The notes: generated from the letters alone by a model not told the origin. A stretch of 64,000 nucleotides of DNA from SAR86 cluster bacterium (GCA_028135785.1 JAOIHS010000004.1:7567-71566), one strand, 5' to 3'; counted from the stretch's first letter, positions 20,742 to 33,308 are shown. Numbers and translations: made by a program.

Positions 20742-21135
20742 ATTAAAAAAATTACCGTCGCCAACAAAAAAGAGAGAATTAATTATGCAGGCGCTGTACC
20801 AGAAAGAAATATCCGGTTGCTCGAATACAGAAGTTTTTAAACAGTTTAAACAAAATCATAAATCTATAGACCTTCAAGAGTTTGAAGATATTTTGAAGGC
20901 AATTAAAAAAGATAATTCAAAGATTGATGAAGAAATATCAAAATTTTCTAAAGTAGAATTATCTGAAATAACTGAAATTGAATTATCTATTTTACGTTTA
21001 GCCATCTTTGAACTAAAAGAAAATGTTCTAGATAAAGCTATAGTTATCAACGAAGGCGTTAGACTTGCAAAAAAGTTTGGACAAGACTCTAGTCACAAAT
21101 TTGTTAATGCAGTTTTGGACAAGATAGTTGTCTAA
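20734..21135 (+). CDS. nusB: Transcription antitermination factor NusB
   Basis: QALYQ, INEGVRLAKKFG, FVNAVLD; follows ribH. Confidence 0.93.
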   Translation: MIRLKKLPSPTKKRELIMQALYQKEISGCSNTEVFKQFKQNHKSIDLQEFEDILKAIKKDNSKIDEEISKFSKVELSEITEIELSILRLAIFELKENVLDKAIVINEGVRLAKKFGQDSSHKFVNAVLDKIVV

Positions 21136-21139
21136 GCTT

Positions 21140-22426
21140 TTATAAATCAGGGTTCATTAAAATTGTACTTGCATCATCTGGACCAGTAGAAATAATATCC
21201 ACAGGGACCCCACAAACTTCTTCGATTTTTTTAATAAAGATTTTTGCATTTTCAGGAATTTCTTCATAGGAGTTTACTCCTGCACAAGGTTCAGTCCAGC
21301 CAGCACATTCAATATAGGAAGGCTCCACATCATCTAGCTCCATGCATTCAGCAAAAGCTAATTTAGCAGCGTCTTGATTATAATCTGTACAAATTTTTAT
21401 CGACTCCATTCCATCTAAAACATCTATTTTAGTTAAACATAAGGCTGAGACACTGTTGGACTGAACGATTCTTTTCACAGTTACTGCATCAAACCATCCA
21501 CATCTTCTTGGTCTTCCTGTGGTTGCTCCAACTTCACCGCCTTTAGTAGCTATTTCAACACTCAAATCATCATGAATTTCAGTTGGCATTGGTCCTTCTC
21601 CAACTCGAGTTACATATGCTTTCACAACACCTAAAATATACCCGACATCTAACGGACCACATCCTGCTCCTGAAGCTATGCCTGCCGGAGAGCAATTGCT
21701 AGAAGTAACAAAGGGATAAGTACCTTGATCAACATCCAATAATGCTCCCTGAGCACCTTCGAAAAGAATCCTTTTATTCTCATTATTTAATTTCAAAATT
21801 GTTCCTGATACATCGGCTAAAAGTGGTTTTAATTTTTCACCATATTCTAAATTTCTATCTTTAGTTTCATTAAAATCTAACTCGTCCACACCAAAGTAAT
21901 TTTTAAATTGGAAATTATAGTAAGACAGAGTCTCTTCTAATTTCGGCGTAAGTTTAGACTCAGACAGAGTATCAACAATTCTAATTGCTCTTCTGGCTAC
22001 CTTGTCCTCATAAGCTGGACCAATCCCTCTTAGTGTCGTTCCGATAGTGGTGAAGCTGTTAGATTTTTCTTTTAGTTGATCGACTAAAATATGATATGGC
22101 TGAATCAAAGTACAAGCTGGACTTATTTTTAATCGATCTAATATTCCGTCAGCGAAAGGCTCTATTTCTTCTATTTCTGAGAATAAGGCATCGCAAGATA
22201 CAACCACACCCTTACCTATCAAAGAAGAAGCATTTTTATGACAAATAGATGAAGGTAATAGGTGTAAAACCAATTTCTTACCATTGACTATTAGAGTATG
22301 TCCGGCATTATGACCGCCTTGATATCGGCAGGCTGCATGAGCTTTATCGGATAAAAAATTAACTATTTTTCCTTTTCCTTCGTCTCCCCATTGCAACCCT
22401 AATACTGCTAAATTTTTAGCTCCCAT
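21140..22426 (-). CDS. purA: Adenylosuccinate synthetase
   Basis: QWGDEGKGK, GGHNAGHT, TTGRPRRCGW. Confidence 0.98.
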   Translation of the reverse strand: MGAKNLAVLGLQWGDEGKGKIVNFLSDKAHAACRYQGGHNAGHTLIVNGKKLVLHLLPSSICHKNASSLIGKGVVVSCDALFSEIEEIEPFADGILDRLKISPACTLIQPYHILVDQLKEKSNSFTTIGTTLRGIGPAYEDKVARRAIRIVDTLSESKLTPKLEETLSYYNFQFKNYFGVDELDFNETKDRNLEYGEKLKPLLADVSGTILKLNNENKRILFEGAQGALLDVDQGTYPFVTSSNCSPAGIASGAGCGPLDVGYILGVVKAYVTRVGEGPMPTEIHDDLSVEIATKGGEVGATTGRPRRCGWFDAVTVKRIVQSNSVSALCLTKIDVLDGMESIKICTDYNQDAAKLAFAECMELDDVEPSYIECAGWTEPCAGVNSYEEIPENAKIFIKKIEEVCGVPVDIISTGPDDASTILMNPDL

Positions 22427-23379
22427 TAATCTTCCATTTTTATTTTAATTAAAGATATTAAATCTATATCAAAGCCTATTGCATTTCGCATATTATTATC
22501 AGAGCTTTTGCTTTGATATTGTCCGCCATTAGCTATTGCAAATCCATATTTTGAAGAATGTACCGAAAATACCAGCCCTTTATGGTAATTGTAGCCAGGG
22601 AAATCTGTCATATCAAAATGAAAATCTACATCTGAATAGTTAGCGGCTAATTCCTTAAGTTCTTCAACATTTCTTTTTGCAGTATTACTAATTTTCGTAA
22701 TTTGTTCCAAACAACTTATGTCTCCATGACAGCTCATTAACTGATTCAAATCATCTTGAATTTTTTGGTTTATGTCTTTGCCTTTTAACCAGTCGTCTAA
22801 ATTAGATTTAGATTTACTAGAAATTAATTTTCTCAATTGCATAATTTCTTCTTCAGCAAGAGTGCAATCATTAATTAGTTCATCAAGAGTATCTGTCATT
22901 CCAAGTGATACCGTGATCCTCTCAGAACCCCCAACTTTAAAACTTTCTAGCAGTAGATCTATCAACTCTTTCTCTTTGTCTTTTGAGCCAAAAACCTCAA
23001 CTCCTGCTTTTATTGTTACTCTTGATCTGCTGAATGAATCCTTTCTTTTCTTAATGACCTCTCCAGAATAACAATATTTTTGAACGTTTAATTTATTACT
23101 AGCTTGATCTATTCTTGCTATCTGTTGAGAAATATCTGGACGAATTGCTATTTCATTAGAGCTTAAATCATCGTAAAAAGTAAAAGCAGAGTTTTTTAAT
23201 TCAGAGTTTACATCGCCGCCTAATGCATCAGCATACTCAATGATAGAGGGATAAATAAGCTGAAATTTTTTGCTTGAATACAGATCCAAAAGTGATCTTT
23301 TGAGAGATTCTAGTTCTTGAGCTCGATCCGGTAGTATGTCCTCCACGCCCTCGGGAAGATTGAAGAGGCTTTCAGTCAT
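22426..23379 (-). CDS. hisZ: ATP phosphoribosyltransferase regulatory subunit
   Basis: LPEGVEDILP, IRPDIS, YNYHKG, AIGF; hflC-hisZ-purA synteny. Confidence 0.88.
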   Translation of the reverse strand: MTESLFNLPEGVEDILPDRAQELESLKRSLLDLYSSKKFQLIYPSIIEYADALGGDVNSELKNSAFTFYDDLSSNEIAIRPDISQQIARIDQASNKLNVQKYCYSGEVIKKRKDSFSRSRVTIKAGVEVFGSKDKEKELIDLLLESFKVGGSERITVSLGMTDTLDELINDCTLAEEEIMQLRKLISSKSKSNLDDWLKGKDINQKIQDDLNQLMSCHGDISCLEQITKISNTAKRNVEELKELAANYSDVDFHFDMTDFPGYNYHKGLVFSVHSSKYGFAIANGGQYQSKSSDNNMRNAIGFDIDLISLIKIKMED

Positions 23380-23381
23380 AA

Positions 23382-24266
23382 TTATTGTTTTGGAGTTCCA
23401 ACAGAGCTATCTAAATACTTGAAAAAATCACTATCGGGATCGATTAAAAGTATGTCAGATTTATTTTGAAAGGTCGATTGATACGCCTTTAAACTTCTCG
23501 TGAACTCATAGAATTCAGCATCTTTATTAAAAGCTTTAGCATAAGTGGATGTCGCTATAGCGTCACCTTGACCTTTGGTTATCTCTGCCATCTTATAAGC
23601 ATCAGCCATAATAACTGTTCTTTCTTTATCGGCATTTGCTCTAATTTCTTCTGCCTGTTCATTTCCCTCTGCTCTTAACTCTTGCGCAAGTCTTTCTCTC
23701 TCTGTTCTCATTCGATTGTAAACGGAATCGTTTACTTCAGACGGTAACTCTATTTTCTTCACCCTTACATCAATAACTTCAACGCCTAATTCACTTGTAG
23801 CTACTTTATTTATGTCTTCAGTTAAGGCTCTCATAAGCTCATCTCTCTCTCCGGAGATAACTTCTATCACTGTCCTGATACCAAATTGGTTTCTTAAACC
23901 CTCATCAACACGCTGAGTTAGTAGTGTTCTCATAGCTCCTAATTGGCCGCCCGATGAAGTTATGTAAAACTGTTCGTTATCACTTATCTTCCACTTCACG
24001 AAAGAATCAACAATCAATCTTTTCTTTTCTTGAGTGTAATAAGGCTGAGGGACAGCATCCAGGGTTAAAACTCTAGAGTCAAACTTCTTCACTGTATTAA
24101 GTACTGGGATTTTAAAGTGCAATCCAGACTCAATTTTTGGGTCGATAATTTCACCGAACCTTAAAAGAATGCCAGTTTGTTTATCATTAATAATATAAAT
24201 ACTGTTTGCCAAGACAACTATTACTAGAAGAGAAATTATTATGAAGCTTGTTCTAAAAGTTTTCAT
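23382..24266 (-). CDS. hflC: FtsH protease modulator HflC
   Basis: SPFH domain, RMRTER, EFYEFTRSLKAY, DPDSDFFKY. Confidence 0.95.
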   Translation of the reverse strand: MKTFRTSFIIISLLVIVVLANSIYIINDKQTGILLRFGEIIDPKIESGLHFKIPVLNTVKKFDSRVLTLDAVPQPYYTQEKKRLIVDSFVKWKISDNEQFYITSSGGQLGAMRTLLTQRVDEGLRNQFGIRTVIEVISGERDELMRALTEDINKVATSELGVEVIDVRVKKIELPSEVNDSVYNRMRTERERLAQELRAEGNEQAEEIRANADKERTVIMADAYKMAEITKGQGDAIATSTYAKAFNKDAEFYEFTRSLKAYQSTFQNKSDILLIDPDSDFFKYLDSSVGTPKQ

Positions 24267-24272
24267 TATCAA

Positions 24273-25418
24273 TTATCTCCTTTCCTGTCTTTTTCTAATT
24301 TCTTCAATTACTTGATCTGTTAAGTTTTGGATACCTGACCCAGATAAATTGTTGGTTGAATCAGCAGTTTGTGATTCAGAGTTATTTCTAGCAATTGAAG
24401 CTGCTGCAATCTGATCTAATGGAAGATACATAATATTATTACCATCCTTAACATCAATCATAACTTTGGAACTGTTACTCATTACAGATTGAAGAGCATC
24501 TATATATAAACGTTTTCTAGTTACGCTTGGTGCTTTATTATATTCTTTAAGTAACTGGTCAAATCTTGTTGCCTCACCTTGTGCCTCTGCAATAACCTTT
24601 GCCTTGTAACCTTCCGCATCCTGAATGGCTCTTTTGGCTGCTCCACGAGCAATCGGTACAACCTCATTGGCATATGTTTCTGCTTCGTTTCTCAACGTAA
24701 CTTCATCTTCTCTTGCCTTCACAACATCGTCAAAGGCTGCCTTAACAGCATCCGGTGGTCTAGATTCTCTAATGCTCACTGTTACCACCTCTATACCGGT
24801 CTGATATGAATCTAATCTATCTTGAAGTCTTCCTCTAACATCAAAAGCTATTTGTTCTCTTCCGGTGGTCAAAACATCATCCATCGTATTGCTTCCTACT
24901 ACGTGCCTTAAAGAAGACTCAGACGCTTGAGCAATACTGTCTTCAGGAGATGCAGCCTCCAAAAGATAGAAAACTGGATTAGACTTCTTATATTGAACTG
25001 CTACTTCCACGTTAACTATGTTTTCGTCTTTAGTTAAAATTGAAGAATTAGTAGTGTGGGTGTAAAGCCTTTCAGTATTTACAATGAATCTGTTATCAAC
25101 AAATGGTGGGTTCCAGTGAATTCCAGGACCTTTGGTTGTAGCATATTTTCCAAATCTAAGGACTACTGCTTCCTCTTGAGCATCGACGGTATATATTCCA
25201 AAGACTCCGTATAAAAGAGCCAAAACCATTAGTCCAGTGGGAAGTATTTTTTTAAAAGATGGTCCTTTGCCAGAACCTGAACCAGATCCACCACTGCCAC
25301 CTAAAAAAGACCCTATTAGGGCTTTAAATTTTTTAATTGCTTCGTCGATATCTGGAGCGTCATTTCTATTGCCCCAAGGATCTCTCGAACCGTTATTTCC
25401 GTTATCATTCCAAGACAT
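24273..25418 (-). CDS. hflK: FtsH protease modulator HflK
   Basis: MSWN...DPWG N-terminus (start 25418), LTKDENIV, AFDDV. Confidence 0.95.
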   Translation of the reverse strand: MSWNDNGNNGSRDPWGNRNDAPDIDEAIKKFKALIGSFLGGSGGSGSGSGKGPSFKKILPTGLMVLALLYGVFGIYTVDAQEEAVVLRFGKYATTKGPGIHWNPPFVDNRFIVNTERLYTHTTNSSILTKDENIVNVEVAVQYKKSNPVFYLLEAASPEDSIAQASESSLRHVVGSNTMDDVLTTGREQIAFDVRGRLQDRLDSYQTGIEVVTVSIRESRPPDAVKAAFDDVVKAREDEVTLRNEAETYANEVVPIARGAAKRAIQDAEGYKAKVIAEAQGEATRFDQLLKEYNKAPSVTRKRLYIDALQSVMSNSSKVMIDVKDGNNIMYLPLDQIAAASIARNNSESQTADSTNNLSGSGIQNLTDQVIEEIRKRQERR

Positions 25419-25462
25419 GGGAGCTATTCTAAATCTTTCGCGAGAAGAATGGAACTGAACTG

Positions 25463-26380
25463 TTACAAATAAGACAGAATTTTTATAATGATATTCGATT
25501 GGTTGCAAAAAAAGGTCTCAGTCGGATTTAATTTATTGAGCCAAGTCATCTGTCTTTTAGCTAATTGATAGTTTGCATCGGTTGCCCTTTCGATCATTTC
25601 AGCTCTCGATAAATTATTTTCTAGAAACTCAACAACCTGCTTGTATCCCACTGCTTTTAATACGGGTATATCTTTTGAAAATTTATTCATCAACATTTCC
25701 GTCTCTTCAATTAATCCTGCAGAAATCATATTTTCAAATCTAATTTTTAAATCGCCCTTAAATTTTTTTCGATCTTCGGGAATGATTGCAAATGATAAGA
25801 ATTTTCTTTCGCCAAGAATATCTTTGGGCCTGCTTGCATTCAATTGATCCATCGATTTACCTGTAATTAAAAAAATCTCTAAAGCTCTTTTTATTCTCTG
25901 CTTATCATTTTCGTGAATTCTTGCTGCCGAAACAGGATCTACTTTTTTCAATTCGGTATAAAGATATTTCAGCCCTAATTTATTTTCTTGTTGATCTAAT
26001 TTTTTTCTTATTTTTGAATCTTGTTCTGGAAGGTTCGTTAGGCCATTAAAAAGACTATAAAAGTACATCATAGTGCCGCCTACCAAAATACTATTTTTAT
26101 TTTGATGATCATTTTTTGAAATTATCTTAAGGACATCTTTCTTGAAGCTGCCTACTGAATAAGTTTTATCTGGTTCAATACAATCTAACAAATGGTGAGG
26201 ATATTTTTCTAAAATCTTTTTTTCTGGCTTATTGCTACCGATGCTTGCTTGTTTATAAACCTGAACTGAGTCGACACTAATTATTTCTGCTGAGAAATTT
26301 TTTACTAACTCTATAGCGATAGCTGTTTTTCCAGAATTGGTAGGTCCATAGATTGAAATAATTGGGTTTAATTTTGACAC
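25463..26380 (-). CDS. miaA: tRNA dimethylallyltransferase
   Basis: GPTNSGKT, DSVQVY, VGGTMMY, AKRQMTW. Confidence 0.96.
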   Translation of the reverse strand: MSKLNPIISIYGPTNSGKTAIAIELVKNFSAEIISVDSVQVYKQASIGSNKPEKKILEKYPHHLLDCIEPDKTYSVGSFKKDVLKIISKNDHQNKNSILVGGTMMYFYSLFNGLTNLPEQDSKIRKKLDQQENKLGLKYLYTELKKVDPVSAARIHENDKQRIKRALEIFLITGKSMDQLNASRPKDILGERKFLSFAIIPEDRKKFKGDLKIRFENMISAGLIEETEMLMNKFSKDIPVLKAVGYKQVVEFLENNLSRAEMIERATDANYQLAKRQMTWLNKLNPTETFFCNQSNIIIKILSYL

Positions 26381-26468
26381 AGTGAAAATTCTTGAGTTTT
26401 AAATATTAAATGTTAATTTAACTACATATTAATATAAAAAATTAAAAACATATGTCAGGGAGAATAAT

Positions 26469-28454
<1,986 letters not shown>

Positions 28455-28492
28455 TTATATTACTCCTTTACAAAGACCCTTTCAAAGAATTG

Positions 28493-29758
28493 TTACTTTT
28501 TAAGAATATTATTTATTTTTTCTACAGATCTTTTAACTGAACCTTTTTTTGAGGAAAGATAAGCTTTACCTTTTATCTTAAGCTCACTCGAAGAAGGATC
28601 TAATAATTGATTTTTCCAAATCAAAGAAATTTGTTCTACTGTTTCGCCTTGCTTTAATATATCTAAATCTAAAAGTTCTGCTGCGATTCCTTTAAAGTTA
28701 AATGTGCTTTTTCCTGATGATAGTGGCAATCCATATTTAACGGGTTCTAAAAAGTTTTGACCCCCATGGGGAATTAGCGTGCCTCCAATAAAAGCCAAGT
28801 CAGCAATTGAAAAAAGTGAATCTAAATGCCCAATTTGATTAACCACAGAAATATTATTTTTCAAATCAAGTATGTTTTGATTGTCAGTTTCTAAAAATGA
28901 AAAATCTATGTCGCTTTCTTCTATTATCTTCCCGACTTCGTTCGCTCTATGAGGATGTCTTGGAACCAAAATTAAATGGCAAGAATCATCGTCTAAGTTT
29001 TTAAAACATTCTAAAAGAATATTCTCTTCAAGAGGATGTGTACTAGCGCAAACAATTAATTTTTTGTCGATAAGAGCGTCTGCGTCAACCTTAAAAGATA
29101 ACCCTGGCAAAGTTTCATTTGCTGCATCAAACTTCAATGAAAAATCATAAAAAGTTTTTTCTTTTTCAGCGCCCAATTTCATAAAATTATTTTTATCTTC
29201 TTGGCTTTGGGCGATTATCAAGTTAATTTTAGAAAATAATTTTTTGGCAAATTTAGATAGTTTTAAATATTTTTTTGTAGATGAATTGGACAATCTTCCA
29301 TTTAATAAAATAGAAGGAATATTTCTTTTTGAACATTGTTCAATCATATTTGGCCAAATTTCTGTATCAATTAAAATCATGCAAATTGGATTCCAGGAAT
29401 TAATAAATTTTTGAACACTAAAAAATAAATCAAAAGGTATATATTGATGATTCAAAGAATCCCCGTAAATCTTTTTCAACCTGTGAGAGCCTGTTACGGT
29501 AGTGGTTGTAACTAAGATATTTTTTTCTGGGTATTTTTCCTTCAACTCCTCAATAAGACTAAGAGAAGTATTTACTTCTCCAACCGATACAGCATGAATC
29601 CAAATAGAATATTTTTCTGAATCGTTTATTTTTTTTGGCAAAAACCCAAATCTTTCCTTCACTCTATAAATTTCTTCTTTAGAAAACTCTTTTTTTGAGA
29701 AAACTTTTAATAGCGCAAAAGGCAAATATAGAAAAGTTATTAAATTATATAAAATCAT
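28493..29758 (-). CDS. waaA: Kdo transferase
   Basis: WIHAVSVGE, TEIWPN, VPRHP, GGQNFLEP. Confidence 0.95.
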   Translation of the reverse strand: MILYNLITFLYLPFALLKVFSKKEFSKEEIYRVKERFGFLPKKINDSEKYSIWIHAVSVGEVNTSLSLIEELKEKYPEKNILVTTTTVTGSHRLKKIYGDSLNHQYIPFDLFFSVQKFINSWNPICMILIDTEIWPNMIEQCSKRNIPSILLNGRLSNSSTKKYLKLSKFAKKLFSKINLIIAQSQEDKNNFMKLGAEKEKTFYDFSLKFDAANETLPGLSFKVDADALIDKKLIVCASTHPLEENILLECFKNLDDDSCHLILVPRHPHRANEVGKIIEESDIDFSFLETDNQNILDLKNNISVVNQIGHLDSLFSIADLAFIGGTLIPHGGQNFLEPVKYGLPLSSGKSTFNFKGIAAELLDLDILKQGETVEQISLIWKNQLLDPSSSELKIKGKAYLSSKKGSVKRSVEKINNILKK

Positions 29759-29835
29759 TTTTTAGTCTGGTTTAAATGATTTTAGACTAAATGACTTGAA
29801 GTGATAAACCGTGAAGTCTAATGTAGGCACTTAAC

Positions 29836-30732
29836 ATGAAATTTATTGAATTTTTTATAACTATTTTTCTAAAGATTATTAGCTTCCTTCCACAAAGGTT
29901 GCAGTATTTTATTGGGAGATTTATAGGCTCTATCCTTTATAAATTTCTTACCGAGAGAAAAGGAATTGCCAGATGGAATTTAAAAAAATGTTTTCCAGAA
30001 TTCTCTTTGGAGCAAATTGAGGAAATTTTGAAGACAAATTTTAATCGTTTAGGAGAATCTATCTTTGAATTTTTGAGTGCCTTCTGGGCTTCTGACAAGA
30101 AGATTAAAAAATTAATAATTAATTTTGATGAAATTAAAAATACTGCTGATAATTTAGATCAAAAAAGAGGAAAATTAATTTTACTTTTGCATACTGTTAA
30201 TGTTGATATGGCAGCTAGAGCCTCGTCCTTATTCTTACCTGTATCTGGAATGGCAAAGGTACAGAGTATTAAAATATTGGATAATCTGCTTAACGCAAGC
30301 AGAGAAAAATTCTGTGAAAGAATTTTTAGACCTCATGAAGGGAGTGATTTTTTATCTTTCTTGAAAAATGGAAAAGCCAATTTATATGCACCGGATCAAG
30401 ATTATGGTTATCAACATTCCTTATTCGTTAATTTTTTTGGACATAAAGCACTTACTGTTAAATTTCCCTCTATTCTTGTAGAGAGAACAAATTGCGAAGT
30501 TCTATTATTTACGCTCGATAAGAAAGGAAATTCTTATGAAGCGTCTTTAGAAAAATTAGATCTAGATGGAAAAGATATTGAAACAGACTTAATAAAAATA
30601 AATTCTGCTGCAGAAAACTATATTCGAAAGTGCCCTGATAATTATTTATGGATGCACAGAAGATTTAAAAATAGGCCGGAAGGTGAAAAGTCTTTTTATC
30701 CTAAAAATTTGTTACGAAATAGGTCTGGTTAA
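29836..30732 (+). CDS. lpxL: Lipid A lauroyl/palmitoleoyl acyltransferase
   Basis: NLKKCFPE, YAPDQD, YLWMHRRFK. Confidence 0.88.
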   Translation: MKFIEFFITIFLKIISFLPQRLQYFIGRFIGSILYKFLTERKGIARWNLKKCFPEFSLEQIEEILKTNFNRLGESIFEFLSAFWASDKKIKKLIINFDEIKNTADNLDQKRGKLILLLHTVNVDMAARASSLFLPVSGMAKVQSIKILDNLLNASREKFCERIFRPHEGSDFLSFLKNGKANLYAPDQDYGYQHSLFVNFFGHKALTVKFPSILVERTNCEVLLFTLDKKGNSYEASLEKLDLDGKDIETDLIKINSAAENYIRKCPDNYLWMHRRFKNRPEGEKSFYPKNLLRNRSG

Positions 30733-31560
30733 GCAAATATTATCTATTAGACGAACCCCTTCATAGTTAATAGCCACTGCAATAAGAATTTCTTTATCAC
30801 CTTCCTTTAGGCTTTCAAGAGAAGAAGCATTTAGCAATTCTAAGTAATCAACTTCAAAACCCTCTTCGGAATATTTTGTTTGATAAAAATCTTTAATAAT
30901 CTTGATGTGCTCAAGAAATTTATGATTACCTCGATCAAAGTCGAGAATTTGTTCTGCTATTTCTTTTAAGTGAAAATAAATTTTAGCGGCTTTTACTTTT
31001 CTTGGTTCAGAAAGAAAATTATTTCTCGATGAAAGCGCCAAGCCATTTTTATCTCTTACAATGGGATGAACTATCAATTGTGTAATCGAATTTATTTTTT
31101 TTAAATGCTCCTTAATTATTAATTGTTGTTGGAAATCTTTTTGACCAAAGATACAGAAATCGGGTTTTATAACTTCAATAAATCTATTCACTATAGTCAA
31201 GACTCCATCAAAATGTCCCGGCCTACTTTTGCCGCATAAAACGTCATTTAAAGGGGCTTCTAGGTTTTTTATGTCTAGCAAAAGTTCTTTGTCATCGGGA
31301 ATAAAAACAAAATCACATTGTTCTTTCCTGAGAAGATCTAAATCTTTTTCTAAAGTCCTTGGATACTTCGAAAAATCTTCGCTCGGGCCAAACTGAAGTG
31401 GATTAATAAAAATACTTACGATAGTTGAAAGATTTAATTTTTTAGCGTGCCTTATTAAGCTGAGATGTCCCTCATGTAAATTTCCCATTGTGGGAATTAA
31501 TGCCAACGGCTCTCTGGGTTTGATTGAATTTAATTTATTAAAGTTTTCTATAGTCTCCAC
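30712..31560 (-). CDS. panC: Pantoate-beta-alanine ligase
   Basis: PTMGNLHEGH, RPGHFDGV, FGQKD, LSSRN, RLIDN. Confidence 0.96.
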   Translation of the reverse strand: METIENFNKLNSIKPREPLALIPTMGNLHEGHLSLIRHAKKLNLSTIVSIFINPLQFGPSEDFSKYPRTLEKDLDLLRKEQCDFVFIPDDKELLLDIKNLEAPLNDVLCGKSRPGHFDGVLTIVNRFIEVIKPDFCIFGQKDFQQQLIIKEHLKKINSITQLIVHPIVRDKNGLALSSRNNFLSEPRKVKAAKIYFHLKEIAEQILDFDRGNHKFLEHIKIIKDFYQTKYSEEGFEVDYLELLNASSLESLKEGDKEILIAVAINYEGVRLIDNICLTRPIS

Positions 31561-32375
31561 TATTCAAACCAATGTTCTTGAGCGGGAAATTCTGAAAATT
31601 TAACTGCGTTAACATATGCGGTTAATGCTCCCGCAATAGAATTATTATCTTCTAAAAAATTTTTTATGAATTTTGGTGGTTTTTCTAAACACGATACGCC
31701 TAATAAATCATGAACCACCATTATCTGTCCGTCTGTATATGCTCCGGCACCAATACCAATTGTTGGTATAGACAATGCATCAGTTATTTTTTTTGTTAAA
31801 TCTATGGGAATACATTCCAACAATAGTAATTCGGCTCCCGCGTTTTCCAGGCTCTTTGCTTCGTCTATCATTTTAGAGTGTGAAGACGGATCTCTGCCTT
31901 GAACAAAGAAACCGCCAATTCTATTTATCGATTGAGGAGTTAAGCCCATATGCGCGCAGACTGGTATTCCTCTCTGAGACAATAGCTCTGTAGTTTTAAG
32001 AATAACTTCACCACCTTCAACTTTTACTGAATTTGCCCCAGCTTGCATTAGCCTTGTGGCATTCTCATAAGCTAGTTGTTCTGTTGCGTAGCTCATAAAA
32101 GGCATATCTGCCATTAAGTGAGCCCCTTTGTTTCCGCTTTTCACACATCTGAGATGATACAAAATATCTTCCATTGAGACAGGCACTGTAGAATCATGAC
32201 CTTGAATAACCATCCCCAAGCTATCGCCAACCAGGATTATCTCTACTCCAGCATCGCACATCATTGAACTAATTGTTGCTTCGTAGGACGTTAGCGCTGC
32301 AAACTTTTCCCCTTTTGCTTTGTGGTTTCTAATAGTTTGAAGAGAAATTGGTTTTGTCGAGGGTTGAATAGACAT
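31560..32375 (-). CDS. panB: 3-methyl-2-oxobutanoate hydroxymethyltransferase
   Basis: LVGDSLGM, ADMPF, HMGLTPQ, IGIGAG. Confidence 0.97.
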   Translation of the reverse strand: MSIQPSTKPISLQTIRNHKAKGEKFAALTSYEATISSMMCDAGVEIILVGDSLGMVIQGHDSTVPVSMEDILYHLRCVKSGNKGAHLMADMPFMSYATEQLAYENATRLMQAGANSVKVEGGEVILKTTELLSQRGIPVCAHMGLTPQSINRIGGFFVQGRDPSSHSKMIDEAKSLENAGAELLLLECIPIDLTKKITDALSIPTIGIGAGAYTDGQIMVVHDLLGVSCLEKPPKFIKNFLEDNNSIAGALTAYVNAVKFSEFPAQEHWFE

Positions 32376-32423
32376 CTTTTAGAAAGAATATTAGCTTTTT
32401 TTATTAAATTAAGTAATGAAAAG

Positions 32424-33308
32424 TTAATCTAAAAAATTATAAATTTTTGAAGACACTATGGAAGCATTTTCTATGGGTAGAAAATGCGAGCCACTTAGTT
32501 CTTCTATCTTAAATTTAATATTGTTATCTAAAGACTCTTTAGCTTCATCTGAGAAAGTTGATGTCTCAGATGATCCTCGCAAAATATATGTTGGTATGTT
32601 CAATTTTTTTAAGTACTTATATGTATCATAAGAGACTGTTTGAAAAGTTTTTGCTTCCCATACGGGATCGCAAGTTAAAAGCATTTTTTCATCGACATTT
32701 TTTAACCCACCTTGTAAATAGTTTTCTAAGGACTCTTTTGGCCAATTTGTAAAAATTGCTCTTCCTGTAAAATGATCTATGGCATTCTCAAAGCTTTCGA
32801 AAGAACTCCTTCGTTTGGCTGCGCTTAAGGATATATCTGAAGATTCACCTATTTTAAAGAATCTTTGATACTTTAAGGTGAGAGTTTCACTTGGTTTGTA
32901 AAACAATACCGGCTCGATCATTACTAAATTTTTAATATTTTTTCTCTTATTAGAAATATTAGCAGCAACAATTGCTCCCATTGAATGACCCATTACATCG
33001 CACGCTTTGACTTTTAATTCATCAATAAAGGAAATTGCATCTTTCGCGTAAGTATTCCAAGACCTTAGTTTTTTATAGTTTGCTTTCGCCTTAGAAAGAC
33101 CGTGACCTCTTTGATCTAAAAAATATATAGATCTATCGCCATTAAACTTTTTAAAAAGATCAGACAAGAAATCTATATAAGTAGATGCATTTAATCCTGT
33201 TGCATGAAGAAATATAATAGGATTCTCTGGAGATTTTGAATTGAAGGACAGATAAGAGAAGTTTTCTCCTTTAATAATTATTTCTTTTCTTTCGGCTTTT
33301 AAATTCAT
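32424..33308 (-). CDS. Alpha/beta hydrolase
   Basis: HATG, DQRGHG, GHSMG nucleophile elbow, C-terminal His; ATG 33308 avoids overlap with the divergent gene. Confidence 0.88.
   Translation of the reverse strand: MNLKAERKEIIIKGENFSYLSFNSKSPENPIIFLHATGLNASTYIDFLSDLFKKFNGDRSIYFLDQRGHGLSKAKANYKKLRSWNTYAKDAISFIDELKVKACDVMGHSMGAIVAANISNKRKNIKNLVMIEPVLFYKPSETLTLKYQRFFKIGESSDISLSAAKRRSSFESFENAIDHFTGRAIFTNWPKESLENYLQGGLKNVDEKMLLTCDPVWEAKTFQTVSYDTYKYLKKLNIPTYILRGSSETSTFSDEAKESLDNNIKFKIEELSGSHFLPIENASIVSSKIYNFLD

Noticed and set aside
25419-25508. Extended hflK N-terminus in the ORF track
   Set aside because: Overlaps miaA; the family N-terminus MSWN begins at 25418
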